DNA from: Amphiscolops sp. MND2022
Taxonomy: Eukaryota
Direction of reading: 5' to 3'
Length of the DNA stretch: 64,000 nt
Assembly: GCA_964187785.1 (NCBI GenBank)
Contig: OZ076409.1
Coordinates: 44,022,001 to 44,086,000, forward strand
The notes beneath the pieces are model-generated. The model did no database searches. It was not told the DNA's origin and saw only the letters and a program-made list of their open reading frames with translations. Shown here piece by piece: positions 1-10,428 of the stretch; within the stretch, counting starts at the first letter, position 1, and the number at the start of each line of letters is the position of its first letter. The translations under genes were made by a program, and so were the position numbers.

Positions 1-69
1 TCATAAAATTGCATTAACGTTTTAAATAACATTTTATTTTAAAAAATAATTTCAAACAAGCTGGTGTAC

Positions 70-258
70 CTGTGAGATTTGGGGTTTCGGTGAGCACGTC
101 GACACTCTTGATAGCTTTGCATGCGTGCTCGATGTGGAACAGTCTAGGAAGAAGAGCACAGTCGGGCAGAGTGATGTCGTCATTGTCTCCCAAGTATTTA
201 GTCCCTTCTTTCGTCAAGTAGTTGTTGATCTGCTCCAGCTTCACGTACAGTCCGTGCT
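70..258 (-). CDS. CLIC: CLIC family protein, coding exon 3 (GST C-terminal region); gene continues beyond the left edge
   Basis: Acceptor tttaag|AG at 260-259, donor G|GTACAC at 69. Translates (K)HGLYVKLEQINNYLTKEGTKYLGDNDDITLPDCALLPRLFHI...PNLTG, matching the CLIC motif LTLADCNLLPKLH. Phase 1 joins exon 2 in frame. Confidence 0.9.
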
Positions 259-302
259 CTTAAACACATAAATTCATTAACAGCTAATACACGCAACCCA
301 TA

Positions 303-460
303 CAGTTAAACTCCGCTTAATTCGTATCCGGATGATTCGCAACTTCGTTCAATTCGTAGGTGTCTGAGACGACCAAAGTAATATCAGCTTAATTCGCATT
401 TCTCATTATTCGTACTGTTTTGATCAATCTTTAGCGGTACGAATTAGGCGGATTCAACTG
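303..460. mobile_element. Tc1/mariner(pogo)-type MITE, 158 bp
   Basis: Imperfect TIRs CAGTTAAACTCCGCTTAATTCGTA / TACGAATTAGGCGGATTCAACTG, with TA on both flanks (301-302, 461-462). Confidence 0.8.
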
Positions 461-1597
461 TATAAACCATTAGCCATCACTTAACCCTAACTTGGCCACT
501 GTGCCGAATTCGGCACATTTAGTTTCTGCAAATTCTAAACGCACCAGCTGACTTGTATGGTAAAGAAAACTCTTGAATAAGATATTCAGACGATATTGCA
601 TAGCATTCGGCGCCTTTTCACGGAATATTGACGTGATGTTGATGTCTCCGAAATCCAGAAAATGGGACCAAAAAATGAAAAAAATGAGTGCAGATTTTCA
701 GTTTTCGTTTGTGGCCCTTTTATCTCACTATAACATTGTTATCAACACAAGGTTGGTATCAACTGTCGGTATCAACATTGGGTCAAAGCGGCCCAGCATG
801 TTTTAAAACATGCTGAAAAGCAATCAGACACGACGCGTGCAAAGTTTTGGCGCAAAGTCCGGAGCCAGTGCGGCGAAGCAGTTTAAAAATTGATTTGAAA
901 GCCCTGATTCTCCTCTTCCGAACGCTGTATGAATCGTTTGTCGGACTGGAATAGCTTAGGAGATATTGCGGTTTAAAGTTTAAGCACCCGATTTTTGGAT
1001 GGATCCAGAATTTTCCTGGTCAACCAACTTAAAGTTAATGGCAACGCAAGAAACGGGTAACTGAACGACGATGGGTTTCACAAAACGACGATTCAGCAAA
1101 GAAGCGGCTTGAGTCGGAGCACAGCTCAAGGGTCGAAAAGCGAAGTCTTTTATACCAATTTCTTCCCAAAAAAATCTGTACAATCTAGCAATGCCAAAAA
1201 AGACAAGAAAGGCCCTCTCACAGGACTTTCGTGGAGTGAACATAAATAGGATAGAATATCGCATAGTGCCAAAAAGCGCCGAGATGCCTCTTTTGTGTAG
1301 TAGAGCTTCGTGTAAGCATTTTAGACGCATATTAGACGGGCTTCTCGACAAAACGAAACTATTGAAAAATCAATCGATTGAACGAGCAAATGGACGCTTC
1401 AGTTGAGAAAAAACTTCAGTAAAAACAGTACTGGTCTGCCATTTCAAAAAGCCTCCACTGAAAAGGTCAGTTTTTCAATTTCAAAGGCAAAAAAGACACC
1501 AATGGAGTACATTTCTCGAAAACTCTTCTCAAAAACTCAAGCAATGAAATAGGGAAAAACGTTGTTTTCATAGTTTAGAACTGAGTTAGTAACTAAC

Positions 1598-1949
1598 TGA
1601 GTTTGAGATCATGTTGAGACTCTTTGTTTCTGATGTAAGCAGAAAACTTAGTGAGTAAATCAGACACTAGATTGTCAGCCTCGGGGTCCCCCACCCTATC
1701 CTCGCCCATGTTGGCCTTCTGCAGGTACTGTTCGATCTCTACCACTCCGTCCTTCACGATGGTAGCATCTCCGTTTTCATACACAGCCAACAGAGGCAGT
1801 TTACCCCCGGGAGAGAGCTCTTTCACCTTGTGCTGATTCTTACGCATGTCCACCAGAGAGTAACTGAATTTCAAACCCTTGGCTATCATGTACATGAAGA
1901 TTTTCTGACATTGTAAACACGGACCGATTGAATGTGAATCAGAGCCGGC
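1598..1949 (-). CDS. CLIC: CLIC family protein, coding exon 2 (thioredoxin-like N-terminal domain)
   Basis: Acceptor tttcag| at 1951-1950, donor A|GTTAGT at 1597. AGSDSHSIGPCLQCQKIFMYMIAKG...ELSPGGKLPLL...IEQYL...DLLTKFSAYIRN matches the CLIC pattern AGSDGESIGNCPFSQRLFM...LAPG..PP.L...KFSAYIKN. Confidence 0.93.
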
Positions 1950-3974
1950 CTGAAACAAAACTAGATGTTTTTTCATTCATGTTTTTGACTTTTTTATCTA
2001 ATATATCTTTTCTATGTTTTATGTACTTTGGAAATTCTCGGACAACTCTCAAACTGGTCTATATATTTTGACAGACGACGTTTGAGTCGGAAAAATTCAC
2101 TTCCCCAAAGATGATTTATGACCTTAGCAAACGCTACATTTTAAACAGAGACCGATTAATACACCACAAATTTATGAGAAACAGACAACCTAGCACGATT
2201 TTATTACTGATTGATATAATTTTAGTCGATTTTCATCTAGAACCACGAACTAACAATTTTCGATTTTTAATCTCTAGTCCATGTGGTACAGCGTCAGTCA
2301 TGCATGCTGAGAAAAGTTTTGGTAGAGTTTGTAAATTGCAAAGTCAAAAACTGCTTATTGAACAATCGAAGTGAGACAAAATTTTAATTCTGTGGCCTCA
2401 ACTTGTTTCGCGGAAGCTCGCATGACTATCCTTCCATTAATGTGAGCATGTTTCCCTAGATTCTGAAAAACCAATGCACAACGTCAACTGTTGGATTCCA
2501 CACAAGATATTTTATCTGCACGTTTTTTCAATGTTTTTAGAAATGATACAGCCATAAAACAACCAAAACATCACAGACTCTACAGGAAAAAAATACAAGG
2601 ACGCATTAAAGCTACAATAAAAACCAACTGGTGTTCATTAGGAACTTACAAAATGGAGATTGATGGTAAATGCAGCAATGTACCCATCTTCTTACACGCC
2701 AATGGAAAGACGACCATGCTGGTGAAAAAAATCTGTTGCTACACATTGTCGCATTTCATGTTCATTTTCCTTTGTTAAACACAGACTGAAAATGTTAAGC
2801 GGGACAACGAATACACAACTGATTTTAACGCGAACATCAACACAGCGACAACTAAAGTCATACTTGCATTCTGAAAAGCAAAGTAGGGATATCTTTTATC
2901 AACTGAAATACGTCCTGTTTTCATCCGTATTAATAGAAGTTTGGCAAAAAATGTATATATTTTCATCGACAAAATCAAAGACTCTCTGCTCTCGAAACGC
3001 CTGAAACTAAAAGCCCATAAAACAGGTCAAAATGTTTTGAGCATGCAGTCTAAATTAATGCGGTCTATTACATGTTGTCGACGACTGGTAGGCCAAATAC
3101 CATTGATTGGCCTAACACCATTGATTAAGAATGTATCTGTTGAAAAAATTGTCGTGGAGTACTAGCAGCTTCTAGTATCTTTACATAAAATGCCTTCCGT
3201 AAGAATGTGTCATGTCATTTCCTGCTCTAGGAATGAGCCCCCTCAACGTATGGGCTCATTCATATATCTGCAACTGCAAAATACCGTGAAAATGAATATT
3301 ATCTACAAAAATAGACTTCATCTATCATTTCCACGGAATTTTTTTGATTAAATCATTCATAAAAACTTCCAGAAGCAAGTTTTAAAACTCCAAACTGATT
3401 TCATGATTTTAAAGAAACTGATAGCTGAAGTTTTGTATTTAAAAACAAGGCGAACTTGCTTCTACGTTTTACGTTAGCTAAAAAATCAAATAACAGCAGA
3501 TTTAGATTTTTTAGCTTCAACTTTTACGTAAAACGCAAATTACCTCGGTTATAACGTCAAAAATTCGGATGATGAAAAACCCGCATTCGCAAATTTTATA
3601 GAAAACCCGCCGATTTTTGGTGTTAACAGATGAGACTGGAGTGAAGTTTACCATTGATTGAGTTCTCCATTCGAGTTTTCTACCCAAAAAACTGTTCTTC
3701 GCAAAAAAAAACGTCAAAGAGGTGTCGACTGACAGGACTTCGCTGATGTTTTGCAGCACAAACCGTGAAAAATGAATACCTTGAACAGTACCAGTTATAG
3801 ATATAGTCTTGCGTTTTCATGGATTGGTTTCCCAACAAGTTAATGCGCCCATGCACACGGTAGACATTCAGTTTTCCCCGAGGAAATGGGCATTGACTGG
3901 CTGTCTTACAGTACAGATTAGAAAGCCACAAAAGGCGTATGGGCTGTTGTCAAGAAAAGACTGGCAAAACAGTT

Positions 3975-4309
3975 ACTTATATCTTCACTTTTAAGATGAG
4001 TATTTATGGCTGGCGGCTGGATGCAGGAATGGAGAGCAGTCAAGTCTTCGGAACATGGATCACAATCCTCAGATTAGTTCTCTCTTTTCTTATTGAAAAC
4101 ACAACCATGCAATTCTCTAGTTTTTGTCAGCACTGATGTTTTTTACTTCATAAATATTATTATAGTTATTTGTTCAAAGATAGATGCTGATTAAATAGTT
4201 AAAAGGTTAAAGTTCTGTCATAGGTAAAATAGTTTTAAGGTCAAATATTTAAGAGTTCTTTCAATCAGTTCTTTTGTCCTCAACATAGGAATGTTTCAGC
4301 TATGTTACA
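3975..4309 (-). repeat. 3' LTR (335 bp)
   Basis: No differences found by eye versus 17895-18229. Minus-strand termini TGTAAC...ATAAGT. Confidence 0.95.
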
Positions 4310-4321
4310 CTTCCTCTCATC
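4310..4321 (-). promoter_or_regulatory. Polypurine tract
   Basis: GATGAGAGGAAG immediately 5' of the 3' LTR on the minus strand. Confidence 0.8.
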
Positions 4322-4647
4322 GAGAAACTTCCGGCATCTGGAAAAAAGCCATCATACAGTCGGAGGAGTAGTGTAGTGGAGATTAGAAGCTGAAATTGCC
4401 AAGTTGAGTAGTCCACTTCCAATAATTCCATTGAAAGAGCCCAAGAGAAAAGTTTTGGAGAGCAGCACAAGTCCCAGTTTCATGTAGTTGTGATGAAGTT
4501 GTATATTTGATCCAGTCCAGTTGAATATTGTCGAGCCAAAGATTACTGCATTTATAATTTACATATACTGCAGAAGAAAATATATTAAAGGATTTGTTTT
4601 GATAAAGTTCGATGATGAATGAATAATTAAACTGAAGGATCGTGAAG

Positions 4648-6993
4648 TCAGGCAGTGATATCGACATGAACTGCCTCAATATCGCTTTGATCATGAACCA
4701 TTTGAGCAGGCCTAACTTGGGAGTTGCTATGTGGGACTATTAATGATGAGTGAAGGTTGTTGGCTGATTGGCAATCTTTGGATTGGGTCGTTGCTTGTTC
4801 AAACATTGAACTTGACATTATAGAGACTTTTGGTTTTGAACGTGAAAGATGATATATTGTTCCAAATTTTTTTTGAAATTTATCCTCAGCATGAGAGTCA
4901 GTTGTTTCCAATTTCATCACAGGTTTAGCGCGAACTCTTTTTTTGTTTTTATCAAGTAAAGATGGAAACAGTTTTGATGCCAAATTGTATCGATGATAAA
5001 TATACATAAAGATCAAGTGCAAAGCTGTCGATACAATGAACACAGTTAATGTCAGCATGAATGAAATTCGGAACGGAACGTATTGATTAAATTCTTTCGT
5101 TAAGGCTGGTTTCAAGAGTTTCATTTCTGATGCATATGGTCTGGCAATGTCGATCATGTGTTTGACTTCACGATTCTTTGGTCCTTTTGCTAACTGTAGC
5201 TTTACCTCTTTCAACAATTTCACTCCTGCTTCAGCTTTCGATGTGTAGAACGGTAATTCATCCAAAGGGGGGACTTCCATAACCAATGAAGCTATAGGAT
5301 TAGGCAGAGAAACTTGCAATTTTATTGATGGAATGTGAGCGCAACTTGATAAATCAGATCGGATTTTGATGTTGTCAGTCATAATTTGCATTCCACATGC
5401 TAAAGTGATGAGACATATGCGGCATCCGCGAAAAGAAGAGCCCTGAACAGATGAAGATGAAACTTCACGAAGGGTAACGGCGTGAGCGGATTGAATTAGC
5501 CAAATGCCATAGCCTAAGTTTGTTGCTTGTTCGATGGCAGGCAGTTGTACAATTGTAGTATCACATACTGCAAGAGCCTCTTAAGCTGTACTAGAATATA
5601 AAGTAGCGAGGCAAGATGAATGACCCATCTCTGTTGGAACAGATTCTGAACAGATTCGGTAACGAGATGAGCCAAGACAATGCTCAAACTGTTCAGCAGA
5701 GAGGACAGATGACTCCATGTGATCCTCCGACAAAGCTAAATATGGGGCTTCGATGTTCCATGTAAGAGCCGACTGAGGATCGTCTGGATACGGCATCGGA
5801 ATTAATTTGGCTTCATATACAGTAAAAACCGTCTGCTTAGATGCTAGCGGGATGTTTAGGGTCATCAAAAGACCTGCTTTAACCGTAATAGCATCTGCTA
5901 AGAGCTTGGAATCGAAGTAAGATAGCAAATCTGACATTGGAATAGCTAAAGACAGCCTATCCTCAGCCGTCGTCTGTGTCATAGCAACACTTCTAAGAAT
6001 AACCAGCAATGATTCTGTCGGTACTAAGGACATAGGTAAATGACCTCTAAGTATGACAGGAATCGAGTTTAGGATGTTCATACGGAATGCAAATAGCGCT
6101 GCGCGATAGCTCTTTACACTTGCATGTATCATTGCTAAGAGAGAAGAAAGGGTGTCGAAATTAAAGTTCAGTTGCTGGTTCGAAAATAGAAGCTGATTGC
6201 AGTCGCGAAGCACATGGAAATTGTGTTCGAAGATGTCAAATTGTTGTTGAATAATATTCCAGTTCGTATCCTGCGTTGCAACAAGTTCCCTTTGGATGTC
6301 GTGAAGGGCCGCCAATTCGTTTTCAACCATAAAAAATTTTTTGTCCGTAGATGTTGTAAATTCAGTTACATACTGGGTTAAAACGTCCTGGAAGTCAGAT
6401 AGTTTGCGAATGTTCTCGGCATTTGCCTTCGCATCGTCTTGGCAGGAACCAAAAATGCCTTGTAGTCCACAAGAGTCGGAACTACCAAGAGCCACTCCTC
6501 CTCCAAAAAGGCCGACTGCGGCAAGAGCCGCTAGTCCCACTTGGGATCCACGTCGGTGGCGAGTATTCCGCGGCTGTTGAGGAGGGGAAAGAAACATTGC
6601 TGTTTCATTGCGTAGGAGGGCAACATCGAGTTCCGCGGTGTGGATTTCATTTTCTATTTGATGTAACATCCAGGTGACATTGAACGGCGTGGAATTCGTT
6701 GAAAAGTGACTTGAAAAATCCAAGGGACAAAAAACAGATGGAAGTTCCCACATCGACGCGAGTTTGGCCATTAAGGCCACAATATCTGGTTTAAGTGCGA
6801 AGTCATAAGTCGGAAAGGGAACTAAAAATTCGACTTTTATAAATTTCTCCGCAAGCAAGATTTTGCTGCGTTCATGGAACAGAACACCCTTTTCTTGAAT
6901 TTCGTTGGGGTTATTGGAAGCTTCTAAATTAGAAAGCCACTCACTTTGAACTGAAGCAGGGGTGAAGAAAACCAGTAAGAACAAAACTAACAT
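4648..6993 (-). CDS. env: Envelope glycoprotein, class I fusion (F-like), ~781 codons, one in-frame TAA at 5581-5583
   Basis: Signal peptide MLVLFLLVFFTPASVQS; furin site RHRR (6561-6550) followed by fusion peptide GSQVGLAALAAVGLFGGGVALG; heptad region; Cys-rich region; TM ISFMLTLTVFIVSTALHLIFMYIY; cytoplasmic tail. ORFs 5581-6993 and 4648-5391 share a frame with 63 open codons between them. Confidence 0.88.
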
Positions 6994-7378
6994 TGATCCG
7001 TTTTGTTTTTTGTTTTTGTGTTTCCCCCTTTTTTTGATATTGAATAAAAGCGAAGAATTCTCGAATGAATACTATATCAACTATTTCGATCGATTTCAAA
7101 TGCAAGAATGGCACTTTGGGTATTTTTGGGGGCGGGGTTTGGGGATTTTTGAAAGATCACAAGAAATGTGATGCCATTTGTTTTCAGTATCCGGTGCCCG
7201 TTTGATATTTACAAAATTCGAGATGTTAAAGTTTGTTTTGCCAAGTCATGTTTACTGCACTGGTTGTTTGACCTGTGATTGAAAAGTCAGATTTTCGAAT
7301 TCGGACGATTGAAAGTGATCATGAAATGAACGGAATGTTTATTCAGTTGTCAAGCGTTTATCCGAGTTTTTTAGTAAA

Positions 7379-7792
7379 ATGAAAATTCTGAATGTGCTGG
7401 CGGCAATCTGCGTTTTTGCTATAATGGAAGCATGCATGCAAAAGGAGTGGAGAGGGCACAGAATAACGTGTTGTGCTAATGGAACGTCAATGGAAACACA
7501 TACAGGGCAAAAGATTTGGGTCGCGCAGAGGCCTGCTATCTGTGATGTAACAAGTGCCAATGAAAAGTCCGCCAAGTCCAAGAGCTCAAAAATTCTCAAA
7601 GGCTTGATCATCCTTGGCACGTTGATGCTCTGTGCAGGCTGTTGCTTAAAAAAATTTCCTTACCGAAAAGTGTGGCAAATGCTATCAAAATGTTGTGCTT
7701 CGAAAATCGATGGTACAGAACAAGAAGGCATCGAAATCAAAGTAATCAAAAAGGAAGCAAGTCCAAAACTGGCACGCAGTCAGTCTTTTTAG
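7379..7792 (+). CDS. Antisense accessory ORF, 137-aa predicted type I membrane protein
   Basis: ATG start, signal-like MKILNVLAAICVFAIMEAC, Cys-containing ectodomain with NGT sequon, hydrophobic ILKGLIILGTLMLCAGCCL followed by basic KKFPYRK. Confidence 0.65.
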   Translation: MKILNVLAAICVFAIMEACMQKEWRGHRITCCANGTSMETHTGQKIWVAQRPAICDVTSANEKSAKSKSSKILKGLIILGTLMLCAGCCLKKFPYRKVWQMLSKCCASKIDGTEQEGIEIKVIKKEASPKLARSQSF

Positions 7793-8153
7793 ACTAAATC
7801 AGAAAACGAGTTTTGTTGTATTTACGTCGTCGTAAAAGTACTGAAAGTTTCGTTACATGTACTCGCGTAATGATACAGTTAACCGTTTGTTACTTTTGTT
7901 ATGTTTGTTTTAAGGCACGAGTTTTAAATTAAAACTTGCAAATTCGATGCCCCTCTTTTTTTTTATTTTTTTTTGAAGTGCAGCAAAACATAAGCCAAAA
8001 TTATTTGAAGCAAGCAAATTAGTAGAGAGGAAAAGCTATTGAAAGAAAACGGACAATATTCGAAAATTTAAACTGACAAGAGAACCGTTGAAATTAGTCA
8101 AGGTAGAAACAAATGGAAGATAACTGAAGGTTATACATGATAGGCGGAAATGT

Positions 8154-8438
8154 TCAGACAGTTTGATAAGCATTAAGCAGAGTCTTCTTCAGCTGGCGAA
8201 ATTTGATGAGTGTCCTCAAACCGCCGAATTTCGGGACAGGGAAATCCTGTCTTTGAAATAGAAGGACAATTTCAATCCATTTAGGGGAACCGTAGTCCAG
8301 CTGCTGCAGCGTTCCATCTGATAAGATTAACGAAATACTCATGAGCTCGTCAACTTTGATACGGATGATTGGGTAGTCTGCGCCATTATGCATACACGTC
8401 CATGTGTAGTGAAACGTAAACTCCATGTCGTTAAGCAT
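8154..8438 (-). CDS. Small element-sense accessory ORF, ~94 aa, unknown function
   Basis: ATG at 8438 (MLNDMEFTFHYTW...), globular-looking composition, divergent from the + strand gene starting at 8673. Confidence 0.4.
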   Translation of the reverse strand: MLNDMEFTFHYTWTCMHNGADYPIIRIKVDELMSISLILSDGTLQQLDYGSPKWIEIVLLFQRQDFPVPKFGGLRTLIKFRQLKKTLLNAYQTV

Positions 8439-8672
8439 GGTGAGGGCAAAAGAGATTACTTGAAGGTAGTATGAATGCTTTAAGACAACTGAGAACAAGG
8501 GTGGCAATAGCAAATAATGAATGGAAGAAAATGTCAATCTAAACGTTCGAATAAGAATCATCAGTCGAAATGTCACGCAAAGAGATCATGTTTTGTTTGT
8601 TGCGCACTGGTGACCTTTTGTAATTTGCAAAGCAAACAAACAAACAAAGTAAATTGGATTTCAGAGAGCAAG

Positions 8673-9964
8673 ATGGAACAAACTATGTTTGATGCGATTA
8701 TAAAAATGAAGGCAACTGGTGAAATAAATGCGTTAGTCTGTCAAACAAGGAAACAGAAATTTTTGTGGAAAACTCGGCTCAGTTTCTTCACTCTCAGCAG
8801 TACGGGTGAGTTACTATGGAATGGTCTAAAAGTCCCAACAACAGAGGAGCTAACACTAGTGTTATGGCCTTTTCATGAGACTGAGAAGAAACACGTATTA
8901 GACGAAAAGGTACTACGTAAAGTCTTATCAGACAAAGGATACGCCCTACCTACATTCATTGGGGGCCTTGAACGAGCGGTGAAAGTGTAAGTAATAATTA
9001 ATATGAAAGTCATCAAAATTTAGCATAGATTCACATGGTATTCCATGACTTCAGATTTCTTCACGATTGTCCGGAATGCTTTTGGACAAGGCATGAGGGA
9101 TACCGATGGGAAAGGGCGGCTAGTGTATCAATAATGGAGCGACAAGATGCCTGTAAAAGGTTTGCCCTGACGTGGGAAAAGTTGCAAGATGGGCCAGAAG
9201 GTGGAGGGTTAGTCGGTTTAGGTGAACCTCCTGTCGCATCCTGCAAATCTGTTTTTGCGCAGGGTGGAGGAAAATGCTGGGCATCGAGTATATTTTTCCT
9301 ACTGACTGGGAAAAAAAGCGGTTAGGTCGAAAAACAAGATTTAAAATAAGAAAATTGCTGTGAAAGCCAGGTGACTTTTTTGTTGCAGATAAGAAAAAGG
9401 ATGGTGCGGCACTGAAACGCATCAGAGATACGATCGGAAATCATATGAAAACAGATGAATTTAAGAAGTCATGCGTGGAATGTTTGGATTATGCTCCCAA
9501 TGAATTCGAGCTTGATGCTATGCTGCGATCGAATTTGGACATTAGTGAACCTTGGGTAAAAAACTTTTTGAGAATTTTGAAGAATGTCAAATGATTTATG
9601 GAGAACATATGATTCATGATGTTCTAGATGTTAGGAACTGCACAAGTGTTAGGCTGGGACATCTTGGTGTTCTGGCGTTACACTGTCAAAAAAGGTTGGA
9701 TTCGGTACCCGGCAAAAGCAAGAGGCCCATCATCAAGAGTTGCTTTCCTATTCCATGTGATCCATTCGGAAAAGGAGAAAAAATTCCACTGCGAGCCGTT
9801 GATAGATTGGCCCATTGAAAAGTAAGTATTGACACAAAAGAAACAGGTAAAGTAAGAAAAAGAAGATAATTTCGAAATATGTATGTAGCAACGATCCAAC
9901 GTATAGAGGGAGGGAGGCAGGCGAAGGGCCATCCGCGAAGAATGCGAGAAAGTACTGGAACTGA
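8673..9964 (+). CDS. Antisense spliced accessory gene: HHCC zinc-binding motif plus OTU-like cysteine protease, 338 aa; exons 8673-8986, 9055-9320, 9389-9555, 9628-9821, 9889-9964
   Basis: Four GT-AG introns of 68, 68, 72 and 67 nt, all phase-compatible, give a 1017-nt ORF. Motifs: H-x5-H-x35-CPEC; GGGKCWASSIFFLLTG; LKRIRDTIGNHM; GTAQVLGWDILVF; FHCEPL. Confidence 0.8.
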
Positions 9965-10428
9965 TCATTGCATCGACTGATTATCATAGTCAATATCATC
10001 AAAACTAGTCATCTCAGAAAATTTAAGAGTGTTTGTGTTTCAAATGTGAAGGAAACTAGGAGAAAAGCAAGTAGGAAGCGTGCGAGCGTAGCAGGATCGA
10101 TTGCGGCAATAGGGAGGCCACGCAATTCGGCGAAACTTGGAGAAATCCCTTCAATGAGTGACGGCGGCGAAGGTGTCAAATAGGACGCGGAAAAAATATT
10201 TTTTATCTCCGATTCTACAAAGGAGGGTACCAAACGAAAGAACAGCACATTCTAAGACCTACCACCGAAAATGTAGGTTCAATGCGATAATTTAACAGCG
10301 AAAAATGCCCTTGCAAGAGGTCGATTTTCGAGTTTTGTGTGATCTTGTTGCATTGGATTGTAAAGAATAGCCTGGATCAGCGTGAAGTGGGCTGGAAGGC
10401 ACTGCACAAACTCAAAGCAGTACTGCTA

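Noticed and set aside
481..520. TTAA-CCC piggyBac-like end (also 21276-21668)
   Set aside because: No convincing partner TIR for 481; the 21276-21668 ends match only weakly.
1950..1976. MKKHLVLFQ as the CLIC N-terminus
   Set aside because: It is intron sequence ending in the tttcag acceptor; the exon at 22151-22219 restores the conserved LFIK|AGSD junction.
2000..3970. Numerous 60-95 aa ORFs in intronic DNA
   Set aside because: No recognisable motifs or splice structure; consistent with chance ORFs.
8517..8672. Cys-rich N-terminal extension of the OTU gene from the upstream start at 8517
   Set aside because: An acceptor-like TTTCAG precedes ATG 8673 and the extension overlaps the divergent intergenic region; 8673 is preferred but not proven.
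10009..10248. Minus-strand 79-aa ORF with hydrophobic C-terminus after pol
   Set aside because: No ATG start and no splice model found; cannot be supported, though not excluded.
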